Shown one piece after another: positions 30,468 to 45,900 of a stretch of DNA of 64,000 bases. The number at the start of each line of letters is the position of its first letter. The stretch's first letter is position 1. The DNA comes from Microbotryum violaceum. Its lineage: Eukaryota. Where the stretch lies: positions 2,728,001-2,792,000 of the forward strand of contig CDLV01000004.1 in NCBI GenBank assembly GCA_001244265.2, given 5' to 3'. The notes under the pieces were generated by a model. That model saw nothing but the letters and a program-made list of their open reading frames with translations. It was not told where the DNA came from and made no database searches. Made by a program: the position numbers and the translations under genes.

Positions 30468-33400
30468 AGGACCCCCCCCCCGAAAGCCCGGCCTGAGGCG
30501 CGTAGTGCCCGACTGGACAAATTTGGGGCCTCAGATGGGCCAAAATCGCGAAGGCGCGTAGTTGGGGGTGGACAAATCAGGCCGCGCCGGTGCGGGTGGG
30601 GTCTAGGCCCGTAGGTGCCAGTGGACAAATCGGGGACCCATTTCAGCCACATTCGGCTTGGTACGCCAAAGTTTGCCGACCCTCAAGAACATGCGGAGCG
30701 CGTGGGAAACACTCTGGGCTGTACCGAATTAACAGCAAGGGCTCTAATTGTGCGATTATAGCCTCTTGGCTGGATGAACGAAAAGTCTGAGCCTTGCGCG
30801 CATCACTTGCCTCCCCCGCCGCGTTGCGTTGTCTGTGCCAACATCGTCATTATCCTACGTTCTCGCTTCAGCCAGCTTCGACGAAATGTATCTGGACGAT
30901 CCGGATATCGAGCTCCTTGACGATGATTTTGAGCGAATGGAACCCCTTTTGGACGTTAGGGTGTCTGAGCTTCTCACCTTCCGCTTCGACAGCCGAGACA
31001 CGCAAATACAGCTTTCGTGGTCGACAGACGAGCCTCTCGAGTTTGATACTCTTCCTAGGCCGCTCCGCGCTTGGAGGTCCAAGTTCAAGGATCGTGGAGC
31101 AATTACTGCGGCACGTAAACAAGGTTACCGGTGAATTGTTATCGCTGGGCACCGGCTGCCTTTCGGTGTCGAAAGGATCGGGCGGCATATAGATTACGCT
31201 GAGCGCATGCGTTCGATCGTTATCAGTAGCCAACAGTGGATGGAAAGTTATCTAGGTGTCGACATCGAAAGTCAGCTTCTCATCGTGAAGGCTCTGGAGG
31301 GGCTGCCACCACTGCTCGTTAAGGAGCAATATACCCCTCAATGATCCTCGGGTGTAGCGCGTCCTTGCACACGCTGCTCGATTTCGTTGGTAAGCAGCCA
31401 ATTTGTTCGTCTGTTCAATGGCGTGATTGATTGAAACTATTTTTCGTGTTTTTCTTAGGGACAACGTGGCTTGGAGAAACCGCGATGGACGTTGCCATCA
31501 CAAGCGTACTAGCTTCATCGCGTGTACAAGCGTCAACAGCACCCGACAAAGTATACGGGGCATTCCCATCCGATCTCATGGCGATTTTGGTCGCTTCAAG
31601 AAAACATCAACCTGACTCCCCTCAACGTGAAGTTTTGGACAAGTACATCTTCGCATCTCCTCTTGTCCCATGTCGAACTCTCGCCGACGTTCGATCTTTC
31701 GTTAGAGCTCGCCCTCAATCGGTGTGGTTTCTCCCGCTCTGCTTTCGCGATCATTGGGCAATGGCACGTGTTGATGTTGGGCAAAGGACATGGACGCTCT
31801 TCAACTCGCTCTCGCATATTCGGATCGACGAGATTACTCGCGACTCGGCACTGGCCTTGTTTGACTACCTCGAGCTGCATATTCTCAACACTGAACCGAA
31901 GCAAGGCCGCATGGCTCAACAGGCTGACGGCTCCTCGTGCGGACCAGCGGCTATCAATGTCGTCGAAACCGAGCTTCTTTTGGTTCCACCTTTTTCGGCC
32001 GGTCGCGCTCATATCGCTCGCATTCGCCAGTTTCACCGACTAGCAACATTCGCAACCAAATCTCAACATCTCACTCATGACTTGCCCGCGCCCATTGCCG
32101 GCATAGACAGGAACGAGTTGGACGTCGAGGAGATGGCCGAGATCGAGAATGACGAGGAGAGATGGTCCAGGATATGCTTCCGCTCAAATTCCGAGACGGA
32201 CGACGATTGCACCACGGACGATGATTGCACCACGGACGACGAAACTCCGAAGTCGGGGGAATCAATCACAGCACGACGAGCCAGACTAGCCAAGGAGCAT
32301 CTTAAAGACATCGAATACTCGAAGGCTCGCCCCGCAGCATTTGCTGAGTTTAGGGCGAAGGTTAAGCAGCTCTGCCCAGGATCGGACGTGAAGATCAAGA
32401 ATCCCAGGATGGTGCAGTGCGGTCGCTGTCGTACGTATCACAAGATGAAGACACGGCACGGCGTCACTCGCTTCATGAAGCATCTCAACAAAAAGCCTCC
32501 GTACACAAACATGCGCAAGATCGACCACTACTTTTCTGTTCGATCGCCCGCCGAAACGGCTGTCCAGTCTTTTTGCCTTGCCGATCCTCCCGCATGTCCC
32601 GGCCTAACAGGCAAGCGTGTAGAGGTGTACCTCTCAAAGAGCTCTGCTCGAGGCGGAGGCGCACCATCTCGGCTAAAGCTCATCAAGAGAAGGTTCACAA
32701 GAATTGGCAAACGTGTATTGACTCGTTCTGAACGCCGTGAGATCAACAATCTGAAAGCGAACGAGTGGACGTGGGTGAACGATCATTCAGCACCCGAGTG
32801 AACAGTGTCGACTGTACCAGGATCGGAATGGAGTCGCAATGTGGATCGAAATTGGAGCCTTGCGCCAAATGCAAGGCACTGCTTCGCACGAAAGCCTTCT
32901 CACAGGCGTTACATCGTCCTCGGGCTGTCGGACCCACAATCAAGTTCACGAATAAACGATTGGCTTCCGTCGAGACTTGGATGTCAAAGGTTTTCAAGGA
33001 ACACCAAGGTCTGGAGAAACTCTTGGGGACCAAAGATGGCAAGGTCTATCTTCGTTTCGCTCAAGGTTTAGTTTCCGGCGAGCTGGCTGGAGCCAACATT
33101 CTGAAAGGTATGGCAAAAGTCGCCGTGATCAAGCATAGGCGGGACGCACAAGGCAAGGACATGAGAGGCTATGTGCGAGACGAAGCTTTGCTTGACTTTG
33201 AACACGCGCTGGCTCTGGCATCTCCCACGGCGTTGCGCGTGGTGCAAAAAACTGTTGGCGGAGTCTCGATGCGCACACTTCAGCAAGTTTCAGACCTGAT
33301 CTATCCGTCATTCCTTCAAGCTACTGACGATTCTAAACCTCTCAGACAACATCGAGCAACATTCGAAAAGCCCAGGTTCGGCTTAGATGAGCCCCACATG

Positions 33401-36400
33401 CAGCGCATTATCCAAAAGATCCTTTCGGATGGGAAGACCTTTAACCTCCACGTCGACGACACGAAACTGCGACAAGCAACCAGGACAACACCGGTTTATT
33501 CGAAGGACAAGGAAGCGGAAGCTCGCCTGCGCGGGCAGAAAATCTTCCGTCACGAGCTCGTTGGCATGGTTGGCCCGCAATCATGTATGAAACCACGCAG
33601 GAGCTCGAGGGTATCATTCGGGACCGAATCCTCCGATCGCTGGCACCAAGGTCGGCGACTATGTCTGCGCGGCGCTTTAATTGGTTGCTCATTCGCTGGC
33701 GTTTCTGTGAATAGGTTCGAGTGTACATGCTTGCACCAAACAATGTCTCTTGCCCAGCCCAATACTTTGCCGCATTCGTGATTGGTGACTCGCCGAGTTC
33801 ATCCGAGGCTGCGGATGAACTGGAATCTGTTATTCAATTCCTCATCAACGCGGGGGTCGGTCATCTTCTTGCCTCCATCTCGGCGGATGGAGCGGCAAGC
33901 GAAGGCGTCGTGCAGCGCGTCATGGCAGAGCCGACTTGGCGGCGATGAGGGGTATACCGGTGAGGGCAACCGTCGGCGAGAACTCGCACATGACATTCCA
34001 TCTCCAGGTCCCGACAAAGTCTTCCCAGCCATTCGACTTGCATCCGTTCAAGTGGGCAACACGCCTATGTGCTTCAATCGGGACGAAAAGCACCTGAGCA
34101 AAAATCTGTGCAGCGCGTGCGATTCAGGCACCAGGGCAATGCACGGCGGCACCGGATGTATCGGATATCGTGACCTGTTGACGCTGCTCAACGTCGAAGA
34201 GTCGGCGAGGACCTTGTATCTACGTGATGTGATTGGATGTGATCGTCAAGATGACAATGCGACGCATCGAGCGTTCTCCGAAGCTACTCTCGCGCTTGCT
34301 TGCCGACTTTACGAGGACGGCAAATTCGATGCCGATGCCATCGTCTTCCTCTTTCTCTGCGGCGAGCTTCACGACGCGATACATAACAGGTCCTTGCAGC
34401 CGATTGAACGTATCAAGATGCTATTGACGGTTCGTTATACATTTGAGGGATGGTTGACCTTCGTCCGCAATCGTCCCGGGTACAACGGGCCGTCCTTTAT
34501 TGCCAAGGAGACCCTGGATGGTATGCGAAAGGTCGTCGATGCAAACATCGTCCTTATTCGGAACTACCGCTACTTTTGGCCGGAAGAAGCGTTCATACCA
34601 TGGCGACATGGTACGGAGATGGTCGAGCATTTTTTTGGCGGTTTGCGCAAAGTCGTGCAAGAATTTGATGCTTTAGAATTCCTGCAGGTAAGTCATCCTT
34701 CTTTCATGGCTTCACGTGAGCTACTGCTTGTAAAGCTTATATTTCGGGTTTTTAGTCGGCAAGCAAAGTTACTGCGCTTCTGAGACTGATGCGAAAGCTC
34801 AGTACAGACCGCAGGCTCGCGTCAAGGCTACCATCGCATGTATGACAGGCTCGACGATCTCGACCTCGTCGCAATGCAGACTTATCCAAGCAATGAAGAG
34901 ATTTGGTCCACAAGCTTGGTTGCTGCAGGACTTTCAAAAGAGCTTCTTCTTGATCTCCGAATGTGGGATACCATACAATATCAGAAGTCCAACCAGCTAG
35001 AGGAAGATATACCGGTCAATGGTGGGTGTCGCCCAAGCTTGTGGCTTCGTTTTGAGCAAAGCTGATTGATGTCGCCCCTTCCAGCTAGTGAACCTTGGCA
35101 TTTCGAGCCCGAGGACGCTGAGCCGCTTTCGTACCTCGCTGACCTAGATCGGACCCTCAATGGGATCCGCACCAAAATGTGCCAAGGTCTCGTCGTGCTG
35201 GACCCGAAAGAGCGGAAGTCAGTTGAAAACGCTGTTCGCTCTTTAGCTGCTCTTGGCCTTGACAATGATGCTGCACTGTAAGTTGAGTGCCTTGAAACCT
35301 GTACCAGTCTCCCCTGAGCTGATAACTCATCTCGTCCAATTCTAGGCTTGCCGTTCAGCAGGCCTATGACGAGGCCGATGCTCAAGCAGAGGAACGCTTT
35401 CTACTCGACGCCGTGGAGACAGCAAATGAAAGCTTGCCGGGTCGTGTAGGTTCATTTAAGTAGCAGTTGTTCTCGTGTAGCAACACTAAACGGAACCAGC
35501 ACTCCTTCACAGGCTCAAGCTCTTCGGCTCCCATCCCTTCTGCGTCACGACGCTCGTCAGCTTGCGCTTGATCTGAAAAGCTTGATCGAGCACCGTCGGG
35601 CCCATCAATGTGCCCACCTTAAGGCTGTCCTACTCAAGGGAAGGCACGGCGCCCCCACCTCGACTGCCCAAGATTTCGATCCCACATTAAAAGCAAAATT
35701 GTCCGAGCACAGTGAAGTGCACTACAATGTCCTCCGAGGCTTAGTGCAATCAATGGGTGCAGCCCGTCTCGAAGCCGTGTCAGGAGTTGCGAGGTCCATT
35801 CGTTGGACAGAACAAGGGACCTTCAGTCGCTTTTCGACCGCAAACGAGACAGACAACATAAGATACATCAAAGACGGACGTAAAGAAGTGAGCTACAATT
35901 GTGTGCTGTGCACATATGGCCCAGAAAGTGCTCATCAATAATGTTCATTCTTGCCCAGGTACGGATGCAATTGCGAGCAAAGCAATACACGGTATTTGCC
36001 AAGATCCCAACATTTGGGTTGATTGACGGAAACATCCTGTCAGCCATGCCTTTGAAAATCAGCTCTCTTGTCTGCTTCAGATTGAAACGAGGCATCATAC
36101 CTGGCAGTTGTGATGCCAGCAACATAGGAGAAGAACAATTGTCCATTCGACTTGGTTCGTGCATCTCACTGTAGCTAGCTTACTGCTTTGCAGAGTGACT
36201 GGCATCGATTTTACCTCTCGTAGCACGTTACATGTATGCCAAGATCACGTCAAATCATTGCGACAGAGCGGAGACCGACTCCCTCGCATTACTCTCGAAT
36301 GTCATCCTCCAAGAATGGCGAGTTGTGAGCAAGGGCCGTTATTCAACGCATATGATGGACGGCACGACTCGCTTCTTTGGACTCGATGCTCGACAAATTT

Positions 36401-36911
36401 TTCAATCCTTGGAATCATCCTCGACGCCCGCGCTCACTCTCGCACCACTGGATTCAGTTGCATACCTCGGGGAGCGTGTCTTCGACTTGAGCCAGCAGGC
36501 TGAGGCAAGATTTTGTTTTCTTCGACGCTGCAACGGATTACGGGACGCTTCTGTGTCCTTGAGTAATCAAATGAAGGGCGTGAAAGATGTAGGGTCAAAA
36601 AGGAAGGCAGCAAGTGCAGATGAGGAGCCCTCGGCGAAGCAGAACCGAACCGGCTGACGCGCGGGCGCGCGCGGCGCGCGCGCGGGCTCGCGCGGGCTCC
36701 GCCGGTTCGGCTCGGGCGAAAAACGTCCAGACGGCGTTTTCGCAATTTTTGGAGATGTTTTAGAGCTACTTTTGAGGCGCGTAGATGGACTGGACATTTT
36801 GGGCACCTTTTTGGCGGAAAAAATTCAAAAATTGGTGGACATGTAAGGTCCAAAATCCCGGATTTTGGCGGATTTTACCTACGCGCCTCAGGCTGGGCTT
36901 TCGGGGGTCCT
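30468..36911 (+). mobile_element. P-element-like DNA transposon copy 1 (6.4 kb), ~33-bp TIRs, 8-bp TSD GGTAGCGG
   Basis: TIR AGGAC(n)GAAAGCCCRGCCTGAGGCGCGTAG at 30468-30505 and 36879-36911. GGTAGCGG at 30460-30467 and 36912-36919. Confidence 0.93.
30886..36657 (+). pseudogene. Spliced Ulp1/C48 peptidase + Zn-binding + P-like DDE transposase gene (copy 1)
   Basis: DHW..FNSL..QQADGSSCG; CGRC..H; LHVDDTK; SISADGAASE; RDEKHLSKN; DRQDDNATHRAFS; TEMVEHFFGGLR; basic C-terminal NLS-like tail. Several stops and frameshifts. Confidence 0.85.
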
Positions 36912-37119
36912 GGTAGCGGCGGGTTAGCTCTGGTTAGCTCTGGCTATTAGCTCTGATTAGCTTTCTTCTGCGTTCTTTTGCCAAATCGCAAGCGATCATT
37001 TCGGACAACACGCGATCGCCTCTTGAGCTCTGTCCCGGGGTGCACAGACAAGCGACGCATACCTACCTCGGCTCTCTCTTTCCCTTTCAAAGCCTTCCTT
37101 ATTGCTCGGCATCACTATC

Positions 37120-38493
37120 ATGTCTTCCGGACCACAGCAACTCCCCTCGGCCCCGTTTCCGATCCTGACTTCGGTCGCAGAGCTGAGGCAATGGCGCGCT
37201 CAATAGCTGCAGGAGGGCAACACCGTCGGTTTTGTTCCTACCATGGGAGCACTCCATGATGGGCATATCAGTCTGGGTCCGTTCTCTTCTGACTTGGAGG
37301 AATCTTGTCGGCCAGGGTCGGGGGATGGGAGCGAGCTCGGACCGACTCGTTGGCCCAAGCCGAGCCGTGACCCCGTCTCCGCCCACTTGGGAGTTCTTGG
37401 CGGCTCGAGACGAGGGCCCAGAAAGAGCTGACACGGCGCCGCTTTCTTCAACCTGCAATCATGTCACGGCACTGGGAACCTTTTAATCTGCTCGATATTT
37501 TGCACATAATCAGTCAACGAATCCCTCTCCCGTACCGATTCGACGATCGTGTCCATCTTTGTCAACCCCGCACAATTCGCGCCGGCCGAGGACCTCGCGA
37601 CCTACCCGCGCACCTTGGAAGCCGATCTCGAACGTCTCAAAGCAGCCCAGTACCACCCTTCGAGTGGGACTACACCAAGAAACGTTACAGCCTTGTTTCT
37701 CCCTCCCGTGTCGGCGCTCTATCCCTCGGGTATCACAACTCAAGTCTCGGAACAGCGAGGTACATTTGTCGAGGTCAAGGGGCTACAAGAGGTCATGGAA
37801 GGCGTGTCCAGACCAGGCTTCCTCAGGGGTGTAGCAACAGTTGCACTTAAACTGTTCAACTTGGTCCAGGTGAGTCGAAGAACACTCCACCCTCATATAC
37901 TATCCTCAAAGACATGAAACCTGAGAATCCTGAACCCCACCTTTGTCCCCCACCTCCCAACCTCCCGACAGCCAACTCAAGCGTTCTTCGGCCAAAAAGA
38001 CATCCGGCAATGCCTCCTCCTCCTCCGTATGCTATTGGACCTTCACGTGCCCCATCCCCTCCCTTCCGACCTCGTTATCTTCCCGACCCACCGCGACGCT
38101 ACGACCCATCTCGCGTTGAGCAGTCGGAACGCCTACCTCTCCGTCGCCGAACGACCCTGGGCTACGGTCCTCATCGACGCCTTGAAAGCTTGCGAACATG
38201 AATGGACTCGACAACGAAACGAGAACCCCGATGGTAAGGTCCTCGTTGGATCCGTATTGAACGAAGCAAAGAAACATTTCGCCCAGGTCCAGGAACGAGC
38301 TTCTACCTCGGCCGATGGTGCGGGAGTGACCATCTCGCCCATCTACGTCGAGCTCAACGATCCTCTCGAATTGACGCACCTCGGTTATGATCATGCTGTT
38401 CCTCGCGGCCATGGAGCGATCCTAAGCGGAGCGGTCATGTTGGGTAGGACAAGGTTGATCGATAACCTCGTTTTAGAGTTTGACTTGAATTGA
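37120..38493 (+). pseudogene. PAN6: Pantoate--beta-alanine ligase (pantothenate synthetase), 3 exons, premature stop at codon 29
   Basis: Exons 37120-37276, 37514-37869, 37972-38493. VGFVPTMGALHDGH, SIFVNPAQF..EDL..YPR, FGQKD, LALSSRN, TRLIDN. TAG at 37204-37206 is in frame with the ATG at 37120. Confidence 0.9.
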
Positions 38494-38663
38494 GGGGTCA
38501 CCCACACGTCAAGAGGTCACACACAGTGAAGACAGCTTTCGTTATTGAAGTTTCGCAAACGTAGTAAAACCAAAAGGAAGTAATGCAGTACAACAGCCGG
38601 TTTCCGACGAACTGAGAAAGAAGAACGACGAAAGCAGAGAGCAAGTGAGGGCCAGCGCCTTTC

Positions 38664-40140
<1,477 letters not shown>

Positions 40141-42987
40141 GATGCAGGGCCGTAGCGGAATAGAAGATACGATAAGAAGCTGATGTGAGTATCCAAAACC
40201 TGTTGAACTATATGGGAGGTGTTGGATATGGCTGAGGAGGTGGTGGTGGAGGAACCTGCGCTCCGCAAACTTGCGAAGCGCTCGAACCCGTACCGCCCTC
40301 GCCAGCAGAGATTCGGACTACTTCATGACGATCGGAAGCCAACGTGCACGGTACCGGATCATTCCATCGGTCAAGCATCGGGTGGTTCGAGTCATCGACC
40401 TCGAAATCCTAGGGTCAGGGAAAGTTCAGTCTTTCGATTCGGCGACGGTGGCGGCTGGTGGCGGCCACCAGGTCAAAGAATGTACCGAGCCAGCTCGGCA
40501 CTGATCAGGAACTTTACCACTTGCCGGTGCGCGGCTAAATCTGTTCAGATGACTTTAGCGTCTGAGTCGTTCTGAATCGTTCTGAATCGTTCTGGATCGC
40601 GTCTAGATCCACCACTTCGTCACGCTGAAGTAGCAACTTGTGCAATGAATTGTCTTCGCTGTCACGGTCTTATACACACTAGTCAGAGTCTTGTACCACA
40701 CGGCAGGCAGTAGTGCTCACATCCTGATGTAGTCATTGCAAACACAGCCATAAATTTTATCAAAGTGCCATTGATTGCAGCATACACATGATATACTGAC
40801 ATTTCAAATGCTATATAGGGGCTCCTTTGTTCGTCGGCCCACCGCCGCACGTTGCCCCGCATCACCGCTCCCTCAGATCTTTGAGGATATTGACAAAACT
40901 CTCACCAATGTACCAGAAAGAGAGTTTCGGCTTTTCATTGTACAGAAAAGGTATCGAAAGAAACCTGGCCCTCGCGGGCCGACTTGAGCGCCGTCCGTCA
41001 CCTTTCGTCCACTGGGAGGCAGGATTTTTTATTTATTTAACTAATAGATTTCATTAATAGCATATCTATATTAATGCCTAAAAATCCTCGGAAAAGACGG
41101 AGGGAATGCAGTCAAGCACACTGGCTAGGCCAGTAGTGTAGGACTCGTTGACTTTGGAACAAAATCAACCATACCCACTAAAAACCCCCTTAGGTGATTA
41201 CAGCGAAACCAGTCGTCCCTTGGACTCCTGGATGGACGCGCGGAGCTCCTCGAATACCGTTTCGGCGATCGGCTCCAGAGGGTCCGACGAAAATCGGTGG
41301 TGACGAGAGAGCTTCCAGATCGCGTGGAAGAATAGTAGACACAGCTCGACGAGTCGGCCTTTCGAGCGAGAGACGACCGGGCACACGAACTGAACAAAGT
41401 TGGGGTGTGGGAAAGGAGTGAGCGCAGACCAGAGGCGGCGGGCAAACGGGCAACCGACCGCTAGGTGTGCCAGGGTCTCCGGAGCCTCCGACAGGCACAT
41501 GACACATGCGGTAGATCGATTGTGGAGAAAAGGGCTGTTTGGAGAAGCGAGTTGGCTACCTGGATGAAGTGACCCCAAGGAGAGGAGGTGGGCCGTGTCT
41601 TCGGCGTCCGAATGAACCCTGCGAACCTTGCGTAGCGGTAGCAGTAGATATTGATTATCGAACATTTTGCTGCGTACGGAAGGTCGTACATCGGGATGGA
41701 TCGTATCCTGGCGACGGTTGCGGACTTGACCTCCTCCCAGCCCGCATCCTCGGCGATGTCCACCCCAACCTGCACTCCCAGGTAACGAAACTGCGAGTCA
41801 CTGAGACGCCAGGACCCGAGGTGTGAAGGGATCGGACGGTCCCTGAATGACCCGAGGGGGTAGAGGAAAGATTTGGCGTCGCTGAGCTTGCTGGCACTTG
41901 CCCGCTCGTACAGCTCGATCGCCCGATTGAGGTGATCGAGGTCCGAGGTGTCGTGGAGAGCACAGCAGGCATCTTCGCGGAGTGCTCGTATGGTTGGAAG
42001 TCCCGGGCTCGCGATGCCCTTGACTTGTGATCGTATCTGTACGGCGAAGCCCTCGATTGCGAGAACGAAAAGCGACGGAGCCAGCGGATCGCCTTGTCGG
42101 ACTCCCGAGAGGATATCGAACGCGGCCGAGAGCCATCCGTTGAGGTATATCGAGGCGGATTGGTTTGTATAAGTCGCTCGGTACCAGTGGCGGGTTTTCG
42201 GGCCAAGGCCAACGGCGCTGAGGACGGCATCGATGTAAGTGTGGGAAAGACGGTCATAAGCCTTCTCAAAGTCCATCACTGCGAGCAGACCGGACACCTG
42301 CTCTGAACCCGGGAGCCCAGGATCCATGAGACACTGCACCTCGGCGATGTTCGTGCCAATCCAGCGGTTCGGAACAAAACCGCGCTGGGTCGAGCCGATC
42401 AGGGTCTCGAGCAGAGGGGCAAGGCGCTGGTTGTGGGCTTGGGAGATGATGCGTTCATCAGCGTCGATGAGTGAGATGGGTCCTTTGTTCACCAGCCGAT
42501 GCCTCTCGCCGCGCTTGTGGATGAGGCGGATGTGGGCAGTGTGGCGGGCCGACGTTCGTCGGTGGGGATCGAGTTGATGACGTCGCGGAGGATGGGGCCT
42601 GTGGCTGTCCACGTTGCGCGGTAAAACTCGACCGGGAGACCGTCGGGTCCAGGCGAGGAGTTCGACTTACACGCCTCTTGTGCCTTTGTCATCTCCTCTA
42701 GGGGGTACGCTCCTTCGAGCTTGTCCGAATCGGCATGGAATAGGCGAGTCGAGGCGAGGCCGTCGATGATCTTCTCCAAGGCGTCGTCATCAATAGCGCG
42801 ATCCTCGTAGACCCCTTCGAAGTACTTGCTAGCGGCTCCAAGCATCGAGTCGGGGTCGGAGTGGACGACATCGTCGACCGAGAGGGAAGGGATGAGGTCG
42901 GATGCGCGCACTTTGCGTAGGCGGATGAAGATGGAAGATGGGCCCGCGAGGGAAGGATAGGGAAGGATCGATGCGGGACCGCAGCGC

Positions 42988-45900
42988 AGGACCCCGAAAG
43001 CCCAGCCGGAGGCGCATTTTATTTTTTGACATTTTGAGGACCCAAAATCCTATCCCGAAAATCGTCGAGGCGCATTGAAAAAAATTGACATGTTGGGACG
43101 AAACACACGTTTCGGCCCCGAGGCGCATGCCCAGATTTTGACATTTTCCCGTGAGTCGGCCCAATTTTGGCCTACCCTGAGCAGCCTACGACATCGCTTT
43201 GGGCCCGTTTGCCTTCGCTTCGAAACGCGCTTCGCGATGCTCGCGCTTGAACAAGTCACTAGCCATTTTCGCTAATCACTTTAGTTCAGTGGCTGTTAGA
43301 GAATATTAGGGATTAGATACCCCTATCGAGTAAGATAAAAATGACGGGGCCCCTGAGGTTCCGTTCCGCTTCACTTCGTTCTGACACTGGAGCATAGCAC
43401 GACGAAATGTTTCCATGCTTGTTTCTTGACGAAGATCAGGACTACTATTTGCACGACGATGACTTTGATCGATTATCGCCGCTCACCAACATAACGGTTG
43501 CCGAGCTCCTCGCCTTCCATGTCGCTCCCGCCGACGCGTCTCTTCACATCGAGTTGTCCAAAGACGAGCCCACCCAGTATTCGAACTTACCCTACCCGAC
43601 TCTTCAGACCAGAGACGCGTTTCTCGCTACCGATGCTCTGATCAATGCACGCAAGCAAGGATATCGATCTTTGGCCGTCGGGTCGACGTGTTTGCCGCTC
43701 GGCGCCGATCGGCTATGGTCAGAGTACGACCCAGCAAAAGACGTTCAAAGCTGGGCGCTGCGAGCTCAACGATGGATGGACAAAATTATCGTTATCAACG
43801 AAACTGACCGCAACCGTATCGCTGTCGCACGTCGCATACTGAACGGATTGCAATGGCAAGAACAAGACGGGCTTCTACCATTGCCTCTTCTTGCAAGTGG
43901 AACGTGTTTGGTTTATCTCCTGAGATTCTTAAGTCAGTACACCAATCCTTCAGCTGGCCACTCGTATTCATCTCGTATCTGAGGCAACTTGCTTATTCGC
44001 GTCTCTACCCAGGTCATGATTGGCTCGGTGAAGCCGCGGTGAACTTGTCAATTGAAAGCGTCCTTCGAGCTGGACGAGTGCAGAATCCCGATTTCGAAAC
44101 ATCGTATGGACTTATACCCTCCACCGTCATCTCCTTGGTAATGGCTCGCCCTCCCGACTCGGATCCTCATTCGATCTTCAAAGCCTGTTTTTTCGGCCCG
44201 CCAAACCAGTATCGGAATCTCATCGAGCTAAGCGATTGCATGCGCAACACGCCGACCCCAAAGTCAATGTGGTTCTTACCCCTTTGCTCCGATAATCATT
44301 GGGTCTTAGCCCGCATCAACATGCACAAGCGGACGTGGTCTGTGATCAACTCACTCTCGGCCATTCCGATCAACGCGGCTACTCAGACGGCTGTCCTTGC
44401 GCTGTTCAACTTTCTGAAGCTGGACATCAAAAATGAAATTCCTTCTACTCCTAAGACGGAACAACAGGAAGACAGCTACTCGTGCGGGCCGGCCACGATT
44501 AATGCAGTGGAGACGGAGGTGCTCGGGATTGGGTCGTTCAAAGCAGTGCGCGCCCACATGTCACGGCTCCGTCAATTCTGTCGTTTGTCCTCTCTGGTTG
44601 GCGCTGTCGAGGATCCGGACGAGATCGAATTCACCAGTGCCACGGGAGCAAAATCAAAGGCAAAGTCTGGGAGGGGATCCGCTGCCGGAACACTGAGCAG
44701 CAAGAGCACGTCGGCAGAGTCCGGCAAGGCAGCGACAATCAAGCCAACAAATCAACGAGTCGCATCATCCTCAAAAAACCCGCCAACTTCTCGACTTCAA
44801 ACGACCTTCACCAAGGTATCGAAGCCGACGAAGCTCGAGAGCTCACCCCGAGGAGCATACGACGTGGGCTCGCGACCATCCGCCTCTTTTCAGGAGGTTT
44901 GCTGAAAAAGTCAAAGATCTTTGCCCGGGATCGAATGTCAACGTCAACAATCCAAAGTACGTGCGGTGTGGACGTTGTTATGTCTTGGTTCCAATGGCGG
45001 CCTTGCTGTACAAGGCACGATTTCAATTACATCTCGGCAATAAGAAGTGTGTCAACCCCCAACCCATCAGCAATTTCTTCAGACCTATCGCCTCTGGCTC
45101 AACTGCTACCAGCCCCTCGCTAGGACCGTGCCCCGGCCTTACGTCTGAAACGGCGATGCATTATCTTTCATCAACTGCGGCGCAGGGTGGCTGGGCCCCT
45201 CCTCGACGGACGCTTTGTTTGCGCCTCTATCCCAAAATTGGTAAACGACCAATGACGGAGCTCGAGAGGAAGGAGGTGGACAAATTGGAAGCGAATGAAT
45301 GGAAGTGGCGCAACGATCATCGAGCACCGCGCATCATCAGTGTGAATTCTCGCAAGTATAGCGCTCGAGATTCGATCAACAAGGACGGACCAAGCTTACC
45401 GTGTGAAGAATGCGCGAGGCTTCCTAAGGATTCATCCTGTCGAGCAGCTCTTCGACGTCAATATGCTGCTGGCGCAACTCACAAATACACCAACAAGAAA
45501 TATGTCGCGGGCGATACACTTCTCTCGGCCATCTACCGGCGACATCATGGACTAGAAGAGATCCTGGATGACAACGGTCAAGGGACCGTGTATCTACGGT
45601 TCGCGCAAGGTGTGGCCTCAGGAGAATTTGACGGAGCGAACATCTTGGAGGGATTGGTGAAAGCGGCTACGGTCAAGCACGATCGGATGGTCAAGGGCAA
45701 ATCGATGCGAGGCTTTGTGCGGTCCGAAGCGCTGCGTGACTTCGAGCAAGCCATGGCGCTGGCGTCTCCGATGGCTCTGAGAGTGCTGCAGGCTACAATC
45801 GGCGCATCCACAAGCCGAAAACTGCAGTGAGTACTGTCATTCTTTCGTTCCTTCAACTCAACCTCATACTGAATGATCGAGGTGCTTGCAGAATGGACCG

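Noticed and set aside
32198-32240. DDDCTT x2 repeat in copy 1
   Set aside because: An 18-bp slippage duplication in a linker that is not conserved in copy 2.
30468-36911. Classification as hAT or Zisupton/KDZ (also 8-bp TSD; Zisupton can carry Ulp1)
   Set aside because: No hAT RW or C-terminal dimerisation motifs and no KDZ D.FH..H..C / E..W signature were seen. The DxxH..RN, D-x10-FS and EHFFGGxR motifs fit P better. This remains provisional without a profile search.
36922-36962. TTAGCTCTGG tandem (and CGTTCTGAAT tandem near 40568) as telomeric or regulatory repeats
   Set aside because: Only 3-4 imperfect units, not TTAGGG, and no evidence of function.
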